Assembly: GCA_025454515.1 (NCBI GenBank) | Contig: JALOOH010000022.1 | Coordinates: 1 to 45,066, forward strand | Direction: 5' to 3' | Length of the DNA stretch: 45,066 nucleotides | Source: Chloroflexota bacterium | GTDB taxonomy: Bacteria; Chloroflexota; Limnocylindria; Limnocylindrales; CSP1-4 | Translations under genes and position numbers: made by a program | The notes under the pieces: generated by a model | Told to the model about the DNA's origin: nothing | The model's input: the letters and a program-made list of their open reading frames with translations, nothing else | The model's database searches: none | Shown here: positions 7,501 through 15,394 of the stretch, piece by piece | Layout of the letters: each line of letters starts with the position of its first letter | How positions within the stretch are numbered: the first letter of the stretch is position 1

Positions 7501-9973
7501 GCTGTTCGACGACGCCACCCAGCAGGTGCACGTCCTGGGGCGGACGCCGGACGGATCCGCCGACACGATCTATGTCGTCGAGCCGAACGGGGTGACCGTC
7601 TATGCGGACGCGCGCCTGCCGTTCGATGCGGTCGCCTGGGCTTTGGATTCGGACGAGCAGCACCCCGCGAGCGACCGGCAGCAGATCCTCGCGTTCGCCG
7701 GGAGCGGCGCGTCGGCGGCCGTCTCCGCCGGGGCGCACGCGTTCGCCTGGCGGCTCCCGGGCGTCATCTTCGGCGCGCTGACGGCCGGCGTTCTCTTCCT
7801 GCTCCTGCGCATGCTCTTCCGCCGCCGGGCCGTCGCGGTGGTCGCGGGGATCCTCGTCCTCGCCGACGGGATGATGTTCGTCCAGTCGCGGATCGCGATG
7901 AACGACGTCTACGTCGGCTTCTTCGTGCTCGCGGCCTTCGCGCTGTTCGCCGCGCTGTGGACCGGCCGGCTGCGCGGCTGGCTCGCGTTCGCCCTCGTGA
8001 TGCCGCTCGTGGGGGTGCTGTTGGGGCTCGGCCTCGCGTCGAAGTGGGTCGCGCTGTACGCGCTCGGGGGGATCGGGATCCTCATCCTCATCCGGTCGGC
8101 GCTCGGAAGGGTCCTGCTCGTCCTGGGCCTGGCGGCGATCAGCGCGACGCTCGGCTACATGGCGATCGCCACGAGCCCGGACGCGACGACGAGCAGCGGG
8201 AACCTCTTCTTCCTCGCGATGATGATCGGGCTCACGCTCCTGGCCGTCGTGGTCACCGTGCTGCGGCCCGTCGCGTGGACGCTCGACGAGATGCGGTTCG
8301 CCGTCTACGTGCCGGGCGCCCTCGGCATCGCCGGCGCGCTCGTCGCCTTCGCGATGGGCATCGGGCAGCTCCCGCCCGCCGGCGAGCCGTCGGCCGGCCT
8401 CATCGTCCTGGCGATCTCCGGCGCTCTCGTCGCCCTGTCGCTCCTCGCGGTCGTCGCGTTCCGCGTCGGCGCGCGCTACGGCATGGGCCCGCTCGCCCCG
8501 CCGCCCGCCGCGGACGACCCCGCGAGCCTGCTCCCGCCCGCCGACCCGGCGCCGGAGGGCTGGCTCCACTTCGGCTCCGGCTGGGGGCTCCCGGCCGTCT
8601 GGCTCGTGGTGAGCCTCGCGCTCGTACCGGTGGCGGTGTACGTCGCGAGCTACATCCCGTGGGTCGCGCTCGGCAACAGGTTCACCGAGGGCTTCCCGGC
8701 GGCGAACGCCGGCCAGACGCTCCTGGACCTGACACGGTCGATGTACGACTACCACAACAACCTGCGCGCGACGCACGCCGCCTCGTCGCCGTGGTGGGCG
8801 TGGCCGTTCGACCTCAAGCCGGTCTGGTTCTACCAGGGGAGCTTCGACGGCACGTCCGCGGCCATCTACGACTCCGGGAACCTGGGGATCTGGTGGATGG
8901 GCGTCGTCGCGATGGCCTTCGTCGCGTGGCAGTCGTTCCGCCGGCGGAGCCTCGCGCTCGCGCTCATCGCCGTCGGCTTCTTCGTCATGTGGCTGCCCTG
9001 GGTCCGGATCGACCGTGCGACCTTCCAGTACCACTACTACGTCGCGCTGATCTTCCTCATCGCCGCGGTCGCGTACCTCATCGCGGACGTGTGGCACGGG
9101 CCGTCGAGGCGGACATGGCTGCTCGTGCGGGTCGCGGCGGCCATCGCGGTCATGGGGCCGGCCCTCATGTGGCTGTTCCGTCTCCCGCTCTGCGCGATCG
9201 TGGGGGTCGAGAAGGCCTATGCGGGCTCCCCGGCCTGCGCCCCCACCGTGGGCCAGCTCGTCGTGACGCAGCGCATCGGGGCGATCGTCGTCGTCCTGGT
9301 CGTCACCGGGATCCTCGTCGCGTGGCAGATGCTCGCGCTCGAGCGCGCCGCACGCGACGCGCGGGAGGGCCGCGTCCCGCGCGAGGAGGCCCGCCTCCGC
9401 CGCGACCGCCACCTCTTCGCGATCGCCCTCATCGCGGCAGCCGGCGCCGCCGGCCTCGTGATGACCGGCTTCCTGAGCGACAGCGCGCCGCTCCTCGAGC
9501 AGGACGGGATCTACCCGGAGCTGATCGCCCTCGCCGCGCTCGTCCCGCTCGGGATCTGCGCGTACGTCATCGTCACAGCGCGCGACGCGCGCCGGTTCGC
9601 GCTCGGCTTCATCTGGGCCGTGGCGCTGCTCTTCGTGTTCTTCTACCCGAACATCTCGGCGCTGCCGCTGCCGTCGCAGCTCTTCAACGCGTACCAGGGG
9701 ATCCTGCCCACCTGGCTCTACGTCTTCCAGTTCCCCGTGAACACGGACCCGCCCGTGACCGTGAAGCTGCTGGACGTGTGGCCGGCCGTGCTCTTCGTTT
9801 CGCTCCTCGCGACGTCCGCGGTCGTGGCCTACAGCACGTGGTCGTGGCGCGTGACGCTCGCGGAGCGTGCGGCCGAGCGGGGCGCCGCTCCGGGCGAGGG
9901 AGAGGCTCCGGGCGAGGGAGAGGCTCCGGGCGAGGGAGAGGCTCCGGGCGAGGGAGAGGCTCCGGGCGTCTGA
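4538..9973 (+). CDS. Double GT-C fusion (1811 aa): N-terminal GT87/PIG-M-like domain plus PMT (GT39) protein O-mannosyltransferase-like domain with a ~400-aa extracytoplasmic insert
   Basis: N-domain: DYTPGY, DSAVWGQVDS, IKPQ, TVNAYNPW, TRVHERY. PMT domain: HFDEVYH, THPHLAK, WRLPG, QSRIAMND, SKW, YHNNLRATHAASSPWWAWP, FQYHY. Confidence 0.85.
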   Translation: MEGATAETGTTRTGSDYRAIAILVAVGIALRLIIAYVLLEPGSGFGVDVAAFRYWADNLAAYGPFGFYDRGFFADYTPGYLYILWLVGIVGSFFGGAGDLIKLPPILADGALAFVVWWMVRDIGGGRRAALIGAALVLFNPVTWFDSAVWGQVDSVGTVVLLLAVRQLWRGRMISATVLTTVAAIIKPQFGILIPIAAALILHRYLVTRPHRDGPPGIAWRWLARVGVRRPSREGLADLAGVLVAGIGTAFLLSVPFALMPWDLARKIVTTAAQYSYLTVNAYNPWALLSLDVGGVVNGLAANGTWVLDVARDPGQPFYSFGPVPAIAVGTALLLAFIAVLCAIVWRRDDRRTLLVVLTVMAIGFFVLPTRVHERYLYPAFALGAILAATSTRWRVAYVVLAIASFLNLYAILTHPFYDNPGISDWLGIGDLVRSPGGVAVVAIAHVGVFLWSLTRLRRSAVEQDAEEARADLLAEEAVDAIALGDAAVQGGDAAARPPRVPPASDGAAAAAAATAAGAATAATWDEDRPPGDARDDAWDEEPDDIASGDEPERRRGIPGWLRGLGRYRTHDRSALLVRERGGRLDRLDLWILFVLVVAALVLRTYRLSEPYRMHFDEVYHARTATEFLQFWRYGEPHEIYEFTHPHLAKYAIALGIMAFGNDRVVATSDTGTPVADAAIEEVWDDGLTATATGGGRLYLATGATVDAYDLASRARVATIEAPGAAAVAVDESSHRLLIGTRSGTVLTLDTMSALEAPRTEDDVGVADPAPDVLATLGAPIVRLWVTPDGTTIAAALEDDVLVTLDAFSGEELGRTTIPGLGGISDGGSAPSIVVDTSGVTDARALAAELFRVAGLDEASTVERLEAGAGGPVVLAGGLDGAVKTAVEDAIAAGTLPGVSVQDRARLAVASAAGIDFVDPADASVTDTVTLPDAAAASDLAKVTGVGNPALYAVGGRSLWRVDLGTDAGTSPPAVTRTLAMPGEVRRVLFDDATQQVHVLGRTPDGSADTIYVVEPNGVTVYADARLPFDAVAWALDSDEQHPASDRQQILAFAGSGASAAVSAGAHAFAWRLPGVIFGALTAGVLFLLLRMLFRRRAVAVVAGILVLADGMMFVQSRIAMNDVYVGFFVLAAFALFAALWTGRLRGWLAFALVMPLVGVLLGLGLASKWVALYALGGIGILILIRSALGRVLLVLGLAAISATLGYMAIATSPDATTSSGNLFFLAMMIGLTLLAVVVTVLRPVAWTLDEMRFAVYVPGALGIAGALVAFAMGIGQLPPAGEPSAGLIVLAISGALVALSLLAVVAFRVGARYGMGPLAPPPAADDPASLLPPADPAPEGWLHFGSGWGLPAVWLVVSLALVPVAVYVASYIPWVALGNRFTEGFPAANAGQTLLDLTRSMYDYHNNLRATHAASSPWWAWPFDLKPVWFYQGSFDGTSAAIYDSGNLGIWWMGVVAMAFVAWQSFRRRSLALALIAVGFFVMWLPWVRIDRATFQYHYYVALIFLIAAVAYLIADVWHGPSRRTWLLVRVAAAIAVMGPALMWLFRLPLCAIVGVEKAYAGSPACAPTVGQLVVTQRIGAIVVVLVVTGILVAWQMLALERAARDAREGRVPREEARLRRDRHLFAIALIAAAGAAGLVMTGFLSDSAPLLEQDGIYPELIALAALVPLGICAYVIVTARDARRFALGFIWAVALLFVFFYPNISALPLPSQLFNAYQGILPTWLYVFQFPVNTDPPVTVKLLDVWPAVLFVSLLATSAVVAYSTWSWRVTLAERAAERGAAPGEGEAPGEGEAPGEGEAPGEGEAPGV
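9887..9968 (+). repeat. 18-bp tandem repeat (gctccgggcgagggagag) x4.5 encoding APGEGE
   Basis: Perfect copies read directly at the 3' end of the PMT fusion gene. Confidence 0.95.
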
Positions 9974-10027
9974 CCGACCCCGGACCCCGGCATCTCCGGG
10001 ACCCGGCACGCCCCGCGTCCGGCCGGC

Positions 10028-11218
10028 TCAGGCCCCCGGCCGGGGTGCCGCGGCAGGCGCCGGCGGGACCTCCGCGGTGAAGTCGCGCGGGAGCGACCCC
10101 TGGGCCGCCGTGCGCCGGATCACGAAGCCGTAGTAGTCGTCCACCCGCCGGGCGACCCCGCGCCAGCTGAACTCCTCCGCGCGCTCGCGGCCGCTCGCGC
10201 CCATCCGCTCGCGGAGCGCCGGGTCGTCCAGGAGGCGCCCGATCGCCGCCGCCAGCGCGTCCCGGTCCCCCGGCGGCACGAGCAGCGCCTGCTCGCCGCG
10301 CCGCACGACCCCCTTGTACCCGTGGATGTCGCTGCACACGATCGGGACCCCGGCCGCCATCGCCTCCAGCAGGACGATGCCGAAGGATTCGCGCCCAGTC
10401 GCGGGCGAGACGAAGACGTCCGCCGTGCGGAACAGCTGTGCCTTCTCGTCGTCGCTCACGCGGCCGAGGAACTCCACGCCCTGGAGGCGGCGCGTGGCCA
10501 CGTACCGGCGGCACTCGCGCTCCTGGGGGCCGCCCCCCACGAGGAGCAGGCGCGTATCCTCGCGGCCCTCGCGCCGCAGGACGCGGAACGCCTTGAGGAG
10601 GTGGATCAGGCCCTTGCGCTCCTCGAACCGCCCGACGAACAGGATGTTCCGGGCCCCGTCCTGCCACCGGGTCAGCGGGACGGCCCGCTGGAACCGGTCC
10701 ACGTCCACCCCGTTGGGGATGACCTTGTAATCGCCCGGGAAGTAGCGGTCGATGAAGTGACGCGCGGCGGCGCTCACCGCGATCCGGCCGTGGAGGCGCG
10801 CCGCGTAGCCGGCGAGCGCCCGCCTGCCGAACTCGTACGAGGGGGAGAATCCGGCGTACGCGTGGAAGGTCGCGACGTTCACGCTCCGCGACTCCTTGAG
10901 CACGGACAGCGACAGGAACGGCACGAACGGCTCGTGGAAGTGGAGCAGGTCGAACCGCTCGGCCTCGAGCATCGCCCGCGCCTGCCGGTCGAAGTTCGGC
11001 GAGATCGTGATCGTGCCCACGGAGCCGTTGGCCGGGAAGCTGAATCCCTTGCCGAGGCGGACGACGTCGCCCTCGGAGCCCCTCTGCGTCCCGTGGCTGC
11101 TGCTGATGATGCGGACCTGGTGGTCCCGGACGCGCAGCTCCTCGTACAGGTGGCGGACGTGGTCGTTCACGCCCCCGGGGAGCGGGTACACGTACGGGGT
11201 GACGAGGCCGATCTTCAT
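10028..11218 (-). CDS. Glycosyltransferase family 4, PimA-like phosphatidylinositol alpha-mannosyltransferase
   Basis: MKIGLVTPY..PGGVNDHV, ANGS, HFHEPFVP, ATFH, IPNGVD, RKG and ESFGIVLLEAMAAG motifs match the PimA pattern; in an operon with pgsA- and patA-like genes. Confidence 0.85.
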   Translation of the reverse strand: MKIGLVTPYVYPLPGGVNDHVRHLYEELRVRDHQVRIISSSHGTQRGSEGDVVRLGKGFSFPANGSVGTITISPNFDRQARAMLEAERFDLLHFHEPFVPFLSLSVLKESRSVNVATFHAYAGFSPSYEFGRRALAGYAARLHGRIAVSAAARHFIDRYFPGDYKVIPNGVDVDRFQRAVPLTRWQDGARNILFVGRFEERKGLIHLLKAFRVLRREGREDTRLLLVGGGPQERECRRYVATRRLQGVEFLGRVSDDEKAQLFRTADVFVSPATGRESFGIVLLEAMAAGVPIVCSDIHGYKGVVRRGEQALLVPPGDRDALAAAIGRLLDDPALRERMGASGRERAEEFSWRGVARRVDDYYGFVIRRTAAQGSLPRDFTAEVPPAPAAAPRPGA

Positions 11219-11230
11219 CGTCGGGCCCCA

Positions 11231-12025
11231 TCATCCCGCCCCGACGGGCTCACGCCAGTGCCGTCCGGCGGGCCACCGCCCTCGCGTCCCATCGCCGCGC
11301 ACGAGGCCCGCGATCCCGTCGCGCCAGCCCCGTCCGTACTTGGCGAGCTGTCTGCCGAAGGTGGGCAGCTGCTCGAGCGTGCCGTGGAACGCCCCGGCCC
11401 ACCGCGTCTCGCCGGCCTCGATCGCGGCGCGCAGATCGTCGGGGGTCGAGCCCCGGAAGAGCGTCAGCCCGGTCGCGACGGCGGCGGCTCGGTGCGCGTC
11501 GCTGCTGCCGAGCGCGGGGAGGGCCAGCTCCTCCGCGAGCCGGACGGCGGTGGCGTGACCCACGCGCCCGAACGTCGTCGGGTTGAACGCCTCGATCGCG
11601 TCGAAGCGGTGGCGCGGGTCCGGTTCGGCCGCCAGGCGTCGGATGGAGCGCGCGGAGACGCACAGCGGGTACGGGGTGGCCGGGTGCGCGGCGACGGCGA
11701 TCCCTCCCTGGTCGTGGATGCGGGCGAGCGTCTCGCGCAGCGAGCGCAGCGGCGGCACCCGCTCCGTCAGGAAGAGCCCCAGGACGTGGCCGCCGCGCGT
11801 CGAGACCTCCTCGGCGACGACGACCCGGACGGGCATCCCGCGGGCCTCGGCGATCCTGCTGGCGGCCTCTGCCGCGTCGATCCGATCGTGGTCGGCGATC
11901 GCGATGACGTCCACCGACGCCATCGCCTCGACGTGCTCGAGGATGGTCACGACGCCGTCCACCCCGTCGGACGCGAGCGTGTGGACGTGCAGGTCCGCGC
12001 GCCCGAGCCGGACATGCGCGGTCAT
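11231..12025 (-). CDS. PHP-domain metallophosphoesterase
   Basis: DLHVHT..SDG, IADHD, EEVST..GHVL, AAHP, IEAFN and GSSDAH form a complete PHP metal-ligand set. Confidence 0.88.
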   Translation of the reverse strand: MTAHVRLGRADLHVHTLASDGVDGVVTILEHVEAMASVDVIAIADHDRIDAAEAASRIAEARGMPVRVVVAEEVSTRGGHVLGLFLTERVPPLRSLRETLARIHDQGGIAVAAHPATPYPLCVSARSIRRLAAEPDPRHRFDAIEAFNPTTFGRVGHATAVRLAEELALPALGSSDAHRAAAVATGLTLFRGSTPDDLRAAIEAGETRWAGAFHGTLEQLPTFGRQLAKYGRGWRDGIAGLVRGDGTRGRWPAGRHWREPVGAG

Positions 12026-13041
12026 CGATCGCCGCCGCCCGGCGGGCGCCCTCCCGCCCCGGCGGCGAGGTCCGGCCAGATCGGATGGAACACCGCCCAC
12101 CACTGCTCCGGCGACTGGGCGACCGACTCCTCGATGAGCCGGGCGGTCTGCTCGAGGAATCGCACGACACGGACGCGGAGCCGCCCCTCGGCAGGGACCG
12201 GGACCTCGCGCATCCACCCGCGGTACCGACCGTCCCCCACCCGGACGACGGACTCCCAGAACACGCGCGCCCCGGTGTCCGCCGCGAGGATCGCCGCCCC
12301 CGTCGGCAGCGGGGCCGGGTGGCCGAAGAGCTCGACCTCCGTGCCCCCGCCTGAGATGTCGCGGTCCACGACGAGGAGCGCGGCCCCGCCCTCCTCGATC
12401 GCCTCCTTGAGTCGTCGCCGCGCCTGCGCGAGGCCCACGAGCTCGATGCCGGTCCCGGACCTCGTGCGCGCCATCCACGCCTGCATCTCGGGGTCGTCCA
12501 CCGTCTCCATCACGCCGACGACCGGCGGCCGCCGCTCGTGCCCGCCGACCCACGCGAGGATCTCCACCGGGCCGATGTGCGCGCCGATGTAGATGACGCC
12601 CCGCGGCTCGGCGAACGAGGCCGCCACGGTCGCCGGCGTCACCACGTGGAGCCGCTCGACCACGTACGCCTCGGAGAGGGTCGTCGCGCGCAGGGTCTCG
12701 ACGTAGTAGCGCGCGAGGTGCCTGTACGCGGCGCGGACCAGCGACTCGAGCGCCCGCGGATCCGAGGCCGCGCGCCGGGCTCGGGCCGGTCCTCGACCCT
12801 CTGCGGCGAGCCACGCGCAGACGCGGCCGAGGTTCGCGCGCGCCATCGCGGCGCGGCCGGGCGTCGCGCGGTACCAGAGCTCGCCGACCGAGTCGGCGGC
12901 GGCGAGCAGGGGCGTCTCCGGCAGCCGGCACGCGACGGCCGTCGCGCCCGTCAGCGCGCGCGCCCGGAGGCGCTGCGCCCGCGTCCCGCGCCCGCCCAGG
13001 ACGTCCTCGAGGTCGCCCGACGCGCCCGGCAGGTCCGTCAC
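12022..13041 (-). CDS. Lysophospholipid acyltransferase (LpxL/PatA family), paralog 2
   Basis: GAHIGPVE, VVDRD, LFGHPAPLPTGAA and PEQWW motifs; GTG overlaps the upstream stop. Confidence 0.82.
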   Translation of the reverse strand: MTDLPGASGDLEDVLGGRGTRAQRLRARALTGATAVACRLPETPLLAAADSVGELWYRATPGRAAMARANLGRVCAWLAAEGRGPARARRAASDPRALESLVRAAYRHLARYYVETLRATTLSEAYVVERLHVVTPATVAASFAEPRGVIYIGAHIGPVEILAWVGGHERRPPVVGVMETVDDPEMQAWMARTRSGTGIELVGLAQARRRLKEAIEEGGAALLVVDRDISGGGTEVELFGHPAPLPTGAAILAADTGARVFWESVVRVGDGRYRGWMREVPVPAEGRLRVRVVRFLEQTARLIEESVAQSPEQWWAVFHPIWPDLAAGAGGRPPGGGDR

Positions 13042-14042
13042 GGCCGTCCCGCGCCTCCGGGGTCCAGCCCGTACTCGGGGAGACGCGCGAGCAGTGCGGC
13101 GCGCTCCTCCTCGCTCGTCGGCCACATCGACTTGAAGACCCACCACTGGTCCGGAGTGCGGCGGATCGCGGACCCGAGCGCGTCGGCGATCGCCTGCGTC
13201 GCGCGCGCGACCTCGGCGGGCTCCGTCGACGCCACCTGCACGACGGGGCCGATCCAGCCGGCGTGCCAGCCGTCCCTGCGCCTGTGCATCGCGAACGGCG
13301 CGATGACCGCCCCCGTCCGCGCGGCGAGGACGGCCGGGCCGGCCGGGAGCGTCGTCCATTCGCCGAGGAACCGCGTGGGGACGCCGTCCGGCCTGTACCC
13401 CCAGTCCACGAGGAGCGCGACGGCCTCGCGGCGCCGGAGCGCCCCGTAGAGCTCGCGGAGGTTCCGCCACGGGAGGAGCCGCACTCCCCACCGCTCCCGC
13501 TCCACCCTGAGGAGCTCGAAGAGGTCCTTGTACTCCGTGTCGTCCGCGATGACGGAGATCGCCCAGCCGCGGTCGGCGATGGCGGCCGCGCCGATCTCGT
13601 TGTACGCCATGTGCGCGGCGACGATGATGACGCCCCGTCCCATGTCGAAGGCCTTCTGCAGATCGCCGGCCGCCGCCGTGTCCACGTTCGAGAGGATCTC
13701 GCTGCGCCCGAGCGCCGGCATGCGCATGAGGTCCACGACATAGCCGGCGTAGTTGCGGTACATGCGGCGGGCGAGCCGGTCCACGCGGCGGTCCGACGGG
13801 TCCGTCCCGAGGACTCGCGCGAGGCTCGCGCGCGACGCCCGGCGGCGCGCCGGCCACGCGAGGTACGTGCCCTGCGCGAGGACCCCGCCGACGCCCTTCG
13901 ACGCGGCTTCGGGGACGCGGCCGAGGGCCCAGGCCGCGCCACGGTAGGCCCGCACGACGGCCCGCTCGCGGACGCGCGTGACGAGGCCGCGGTCCTCGCC
14001 CGCGGCCCCCGCGCCCCGGGTCATCCCGCGCGCCGACGTCAC
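13038..14042 (-). CDS. Lysophospholipid acyltransferase (LpxL/PatA family), paralog 1
   Basis: AAHMAYNE, LVDWG, FLGEWTTLPAGPA and PDQWW motifs. Confidence 0.82.
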   Translation of the reverse strand: MTSARGMTRGAGAAGEDRGLVTRVRERAVVRAYRGAAWALGRVPEAASKGVGGVLAQGTYLAWPARRRASRASLARVLGTDPSDRRVDRLARRMYRNYAGYVVDLMRMPALGRSEILSNVDTAAAGDLQKAFDMGRGVIIVAAHMAYNEIGAAAIADRGWAISVIADDTEYKDLFELLRVERERWGVRLLPWRNLRELYGALRRREAVALLVDWGYRPDGVPTRFLGEWTTLPAGPAVLAARTGAVIAPFAMHRRRDGWHAGWIGPVVQVASTEPAEVARATQAIADALGSAIRRTPDQWWVFKSMWPTSEEERAALLARLPEYGLDPGGAGRP

Positions 14043-14758
14043 CGCTTCGCCGCGCTCGCCTGCGCCCGGACGCTCGCGACGCGCTGGACGACCGTGATCG
14101 TGGCGAGGACGAAGATGGCGCCCACGCCGAGGAGGAACGGCGCGTTGCCGGCGGTCGTGAGGCCGGCCGTGGGATCGGCGGGATCCCACGGAGCGACGCC
14201 ACCGAGGATGCCGGTGAGGATCAGCGCGACGGTCAGGACGACGAGGCGGATCTCGCGGGGGGCGAGGCCCACGCTCGCGAGGCCGGAGCCCGGCGAGAAG
14301 CCGAGCCCCTCCGCGCGGGCGCGGGCGTAGCTGACCATGAAGGCCGACGAGAGGGCGAGGATCGACAGCGTCGCGCCGAGGTCGTTGCCGGCGGCCATGC
14401 ACCCGACGGCGACCCCGACCCACGTGATGGCCTCGCCCCAGCGGTCGAACGTGGAATCGAAGAACGCGCCGAGCGGGCCGACCTTCCCGGTGGCCCGGGC
14501 GAGCGTCCCGTCGAACATGTCGAAGACGCCGCCGACCATCACGACGATCCCGGCGACCAGCCAGAGCTGGAACCCCGCGAGGAGTGCCGCCACGATCGTG
14601 ATCCCGAACCCGAGGAGCGTGAGCCCGTTCGGCGTGAGCCCGAGGCGCCCGAAGAAGAGGGCGATGGGCTCGAAGACCTTCTTCACGGCCTGCCGCTGCT
14701 CGGCCGACGTGAGCGAGCCACTGCGCTCGCGACCGGGGGTCCCGCCCTGCGATGTCAT
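14039..14758 (-). CDS. CDP-alcohol phosphatidyltransferase, probable phosphatidylinositol-phosphate synthase (PgsA1-like)
   Basis: TPNGLT, signature DMFDGTLAR...GAFFDSTFD, SYARARAE, and TVVQR near the C-terminus. Confidence 0.88.
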   Translation of the reverse strand: MTSQGGTPGRERSGSLTSAEQRQAVKKVFEPIALFFGRLGLTPNGLTLLGFGITIVAALLAGFQLWLVAGIVVMVGGVFDMFDGTLARATGKVGPLGAFFDSTFDRWGEAITWVGVAVGCMAAGNDLGATLSILALSSAFMVSYARARAEGLGFSPGSGLASVGLAPREIRLVVLTVALILTGILGGVAPWDPADPTAGLTTAGNAPFLLGVGAIFVLATITVVQRVASVRAQASAAKR

Positions 14759-14759
14759 G

Positions 14760-15050
14760 TCAGCCCTCCACCCCGAGGAGCTCGCGCTCGCGCGCGGCCA
14801 GCTCGCGGAACGCCTCCGGTCGGATCGCCACCCGCGTCTCGCGGCCGTTCCGCCGCGTCTCGACGATCCCCGCTGCCCGGAGGCGCGAGATGTGCCAGCT
14901 CACGAGCGGCTGCGAGAGACCCACCGTCTCGACGAGGTCGCTCACGCTGGCCGCCCCGGCGGCGAGCCGCCGGATGATCCGCAGGCGATTGACGTCGGCG
15001 AGCGCCCGGTGGGCGTCGCGCAGCGCGCGGAGGTCCGTGGGCTGGTCCAC
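14760..15050 (-). CDS. ArsR/SmtB family transcriptional regulator
   Basis: ALADVNRLRII...SVSDL...SQPLVSWHISRLRAAGIV wHTH pattern. Confidence 0.88.
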   Translation of the reverse strand: MDQPTDLRALRDAHRALADVNRLRIIRRLAAGAASVSDLVETVGLSQPLVSWHISRLRAAGIVETRRNGRETRVAIRPEAFRELAARERELLGVEG

Positions 15051-15141
15051 GACGGAGGCGATCGAGCGGCGGATGCGGCCGGGGCTGGGCAGAAGAGGGT
15101 CCTCGTCGGGTGCGACGCGAGCGCCGTGCGGCGCCTGCGAT

Positions 15142-15189
15142 TCATATAAACGGGCATTGATGATAGGAGCCGCTCCAGCGGCCTGTCAA
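15142..15189 (-). promoter_or_regulatory. Sigma70 promoter TTGACA-N18-TATCAT with an overlapping ArsR-like box
   Basis: Minus-strand TTGACA (15189-15184) and TATCAT (15165-15160), followed by ATCAA-N6-TTTAT, which resembles the ArsR ATCAA-N6-TTGAT box; AT-rich island. Confidence 0.7.
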
Positions 15190-15394
15190 GGTCGCCACGA
15201 CCGTGCGCGGCGGCGCCTGGCGTCGGATCCGAGCCGGCCGACGGGAGGAACGCCCCTTCCCCGCGCGGGAGACCCGCGCTAGCATCAGCGCGGATCGCGG
15301 ACAGTGCGATCGGTCGGCGACCCCGACGGACGAGGGCAGGCGATCCCGGGGCCCGGGTCCGGCGGCCGCTCCGGCCGGCTATGGGGTGCGAGCG

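Noticed and set aside
9887-9968. Repeat arrays as possible CRISPR
   Set aside because: Head-to-tail repeats without unique spacers, in-frame in coding sequence, and no cas genes.
6734-10009. 1091-aa minus-strand ORF and many similar long overlapping ORFs (e.g. 25741..29556, 7414..10080, 14942..17092)
   Set aside because: Arg/Gly/Pro-rich shadow frames of real genes, expected from stop-codon scarcity at very high GC; no family motifs.
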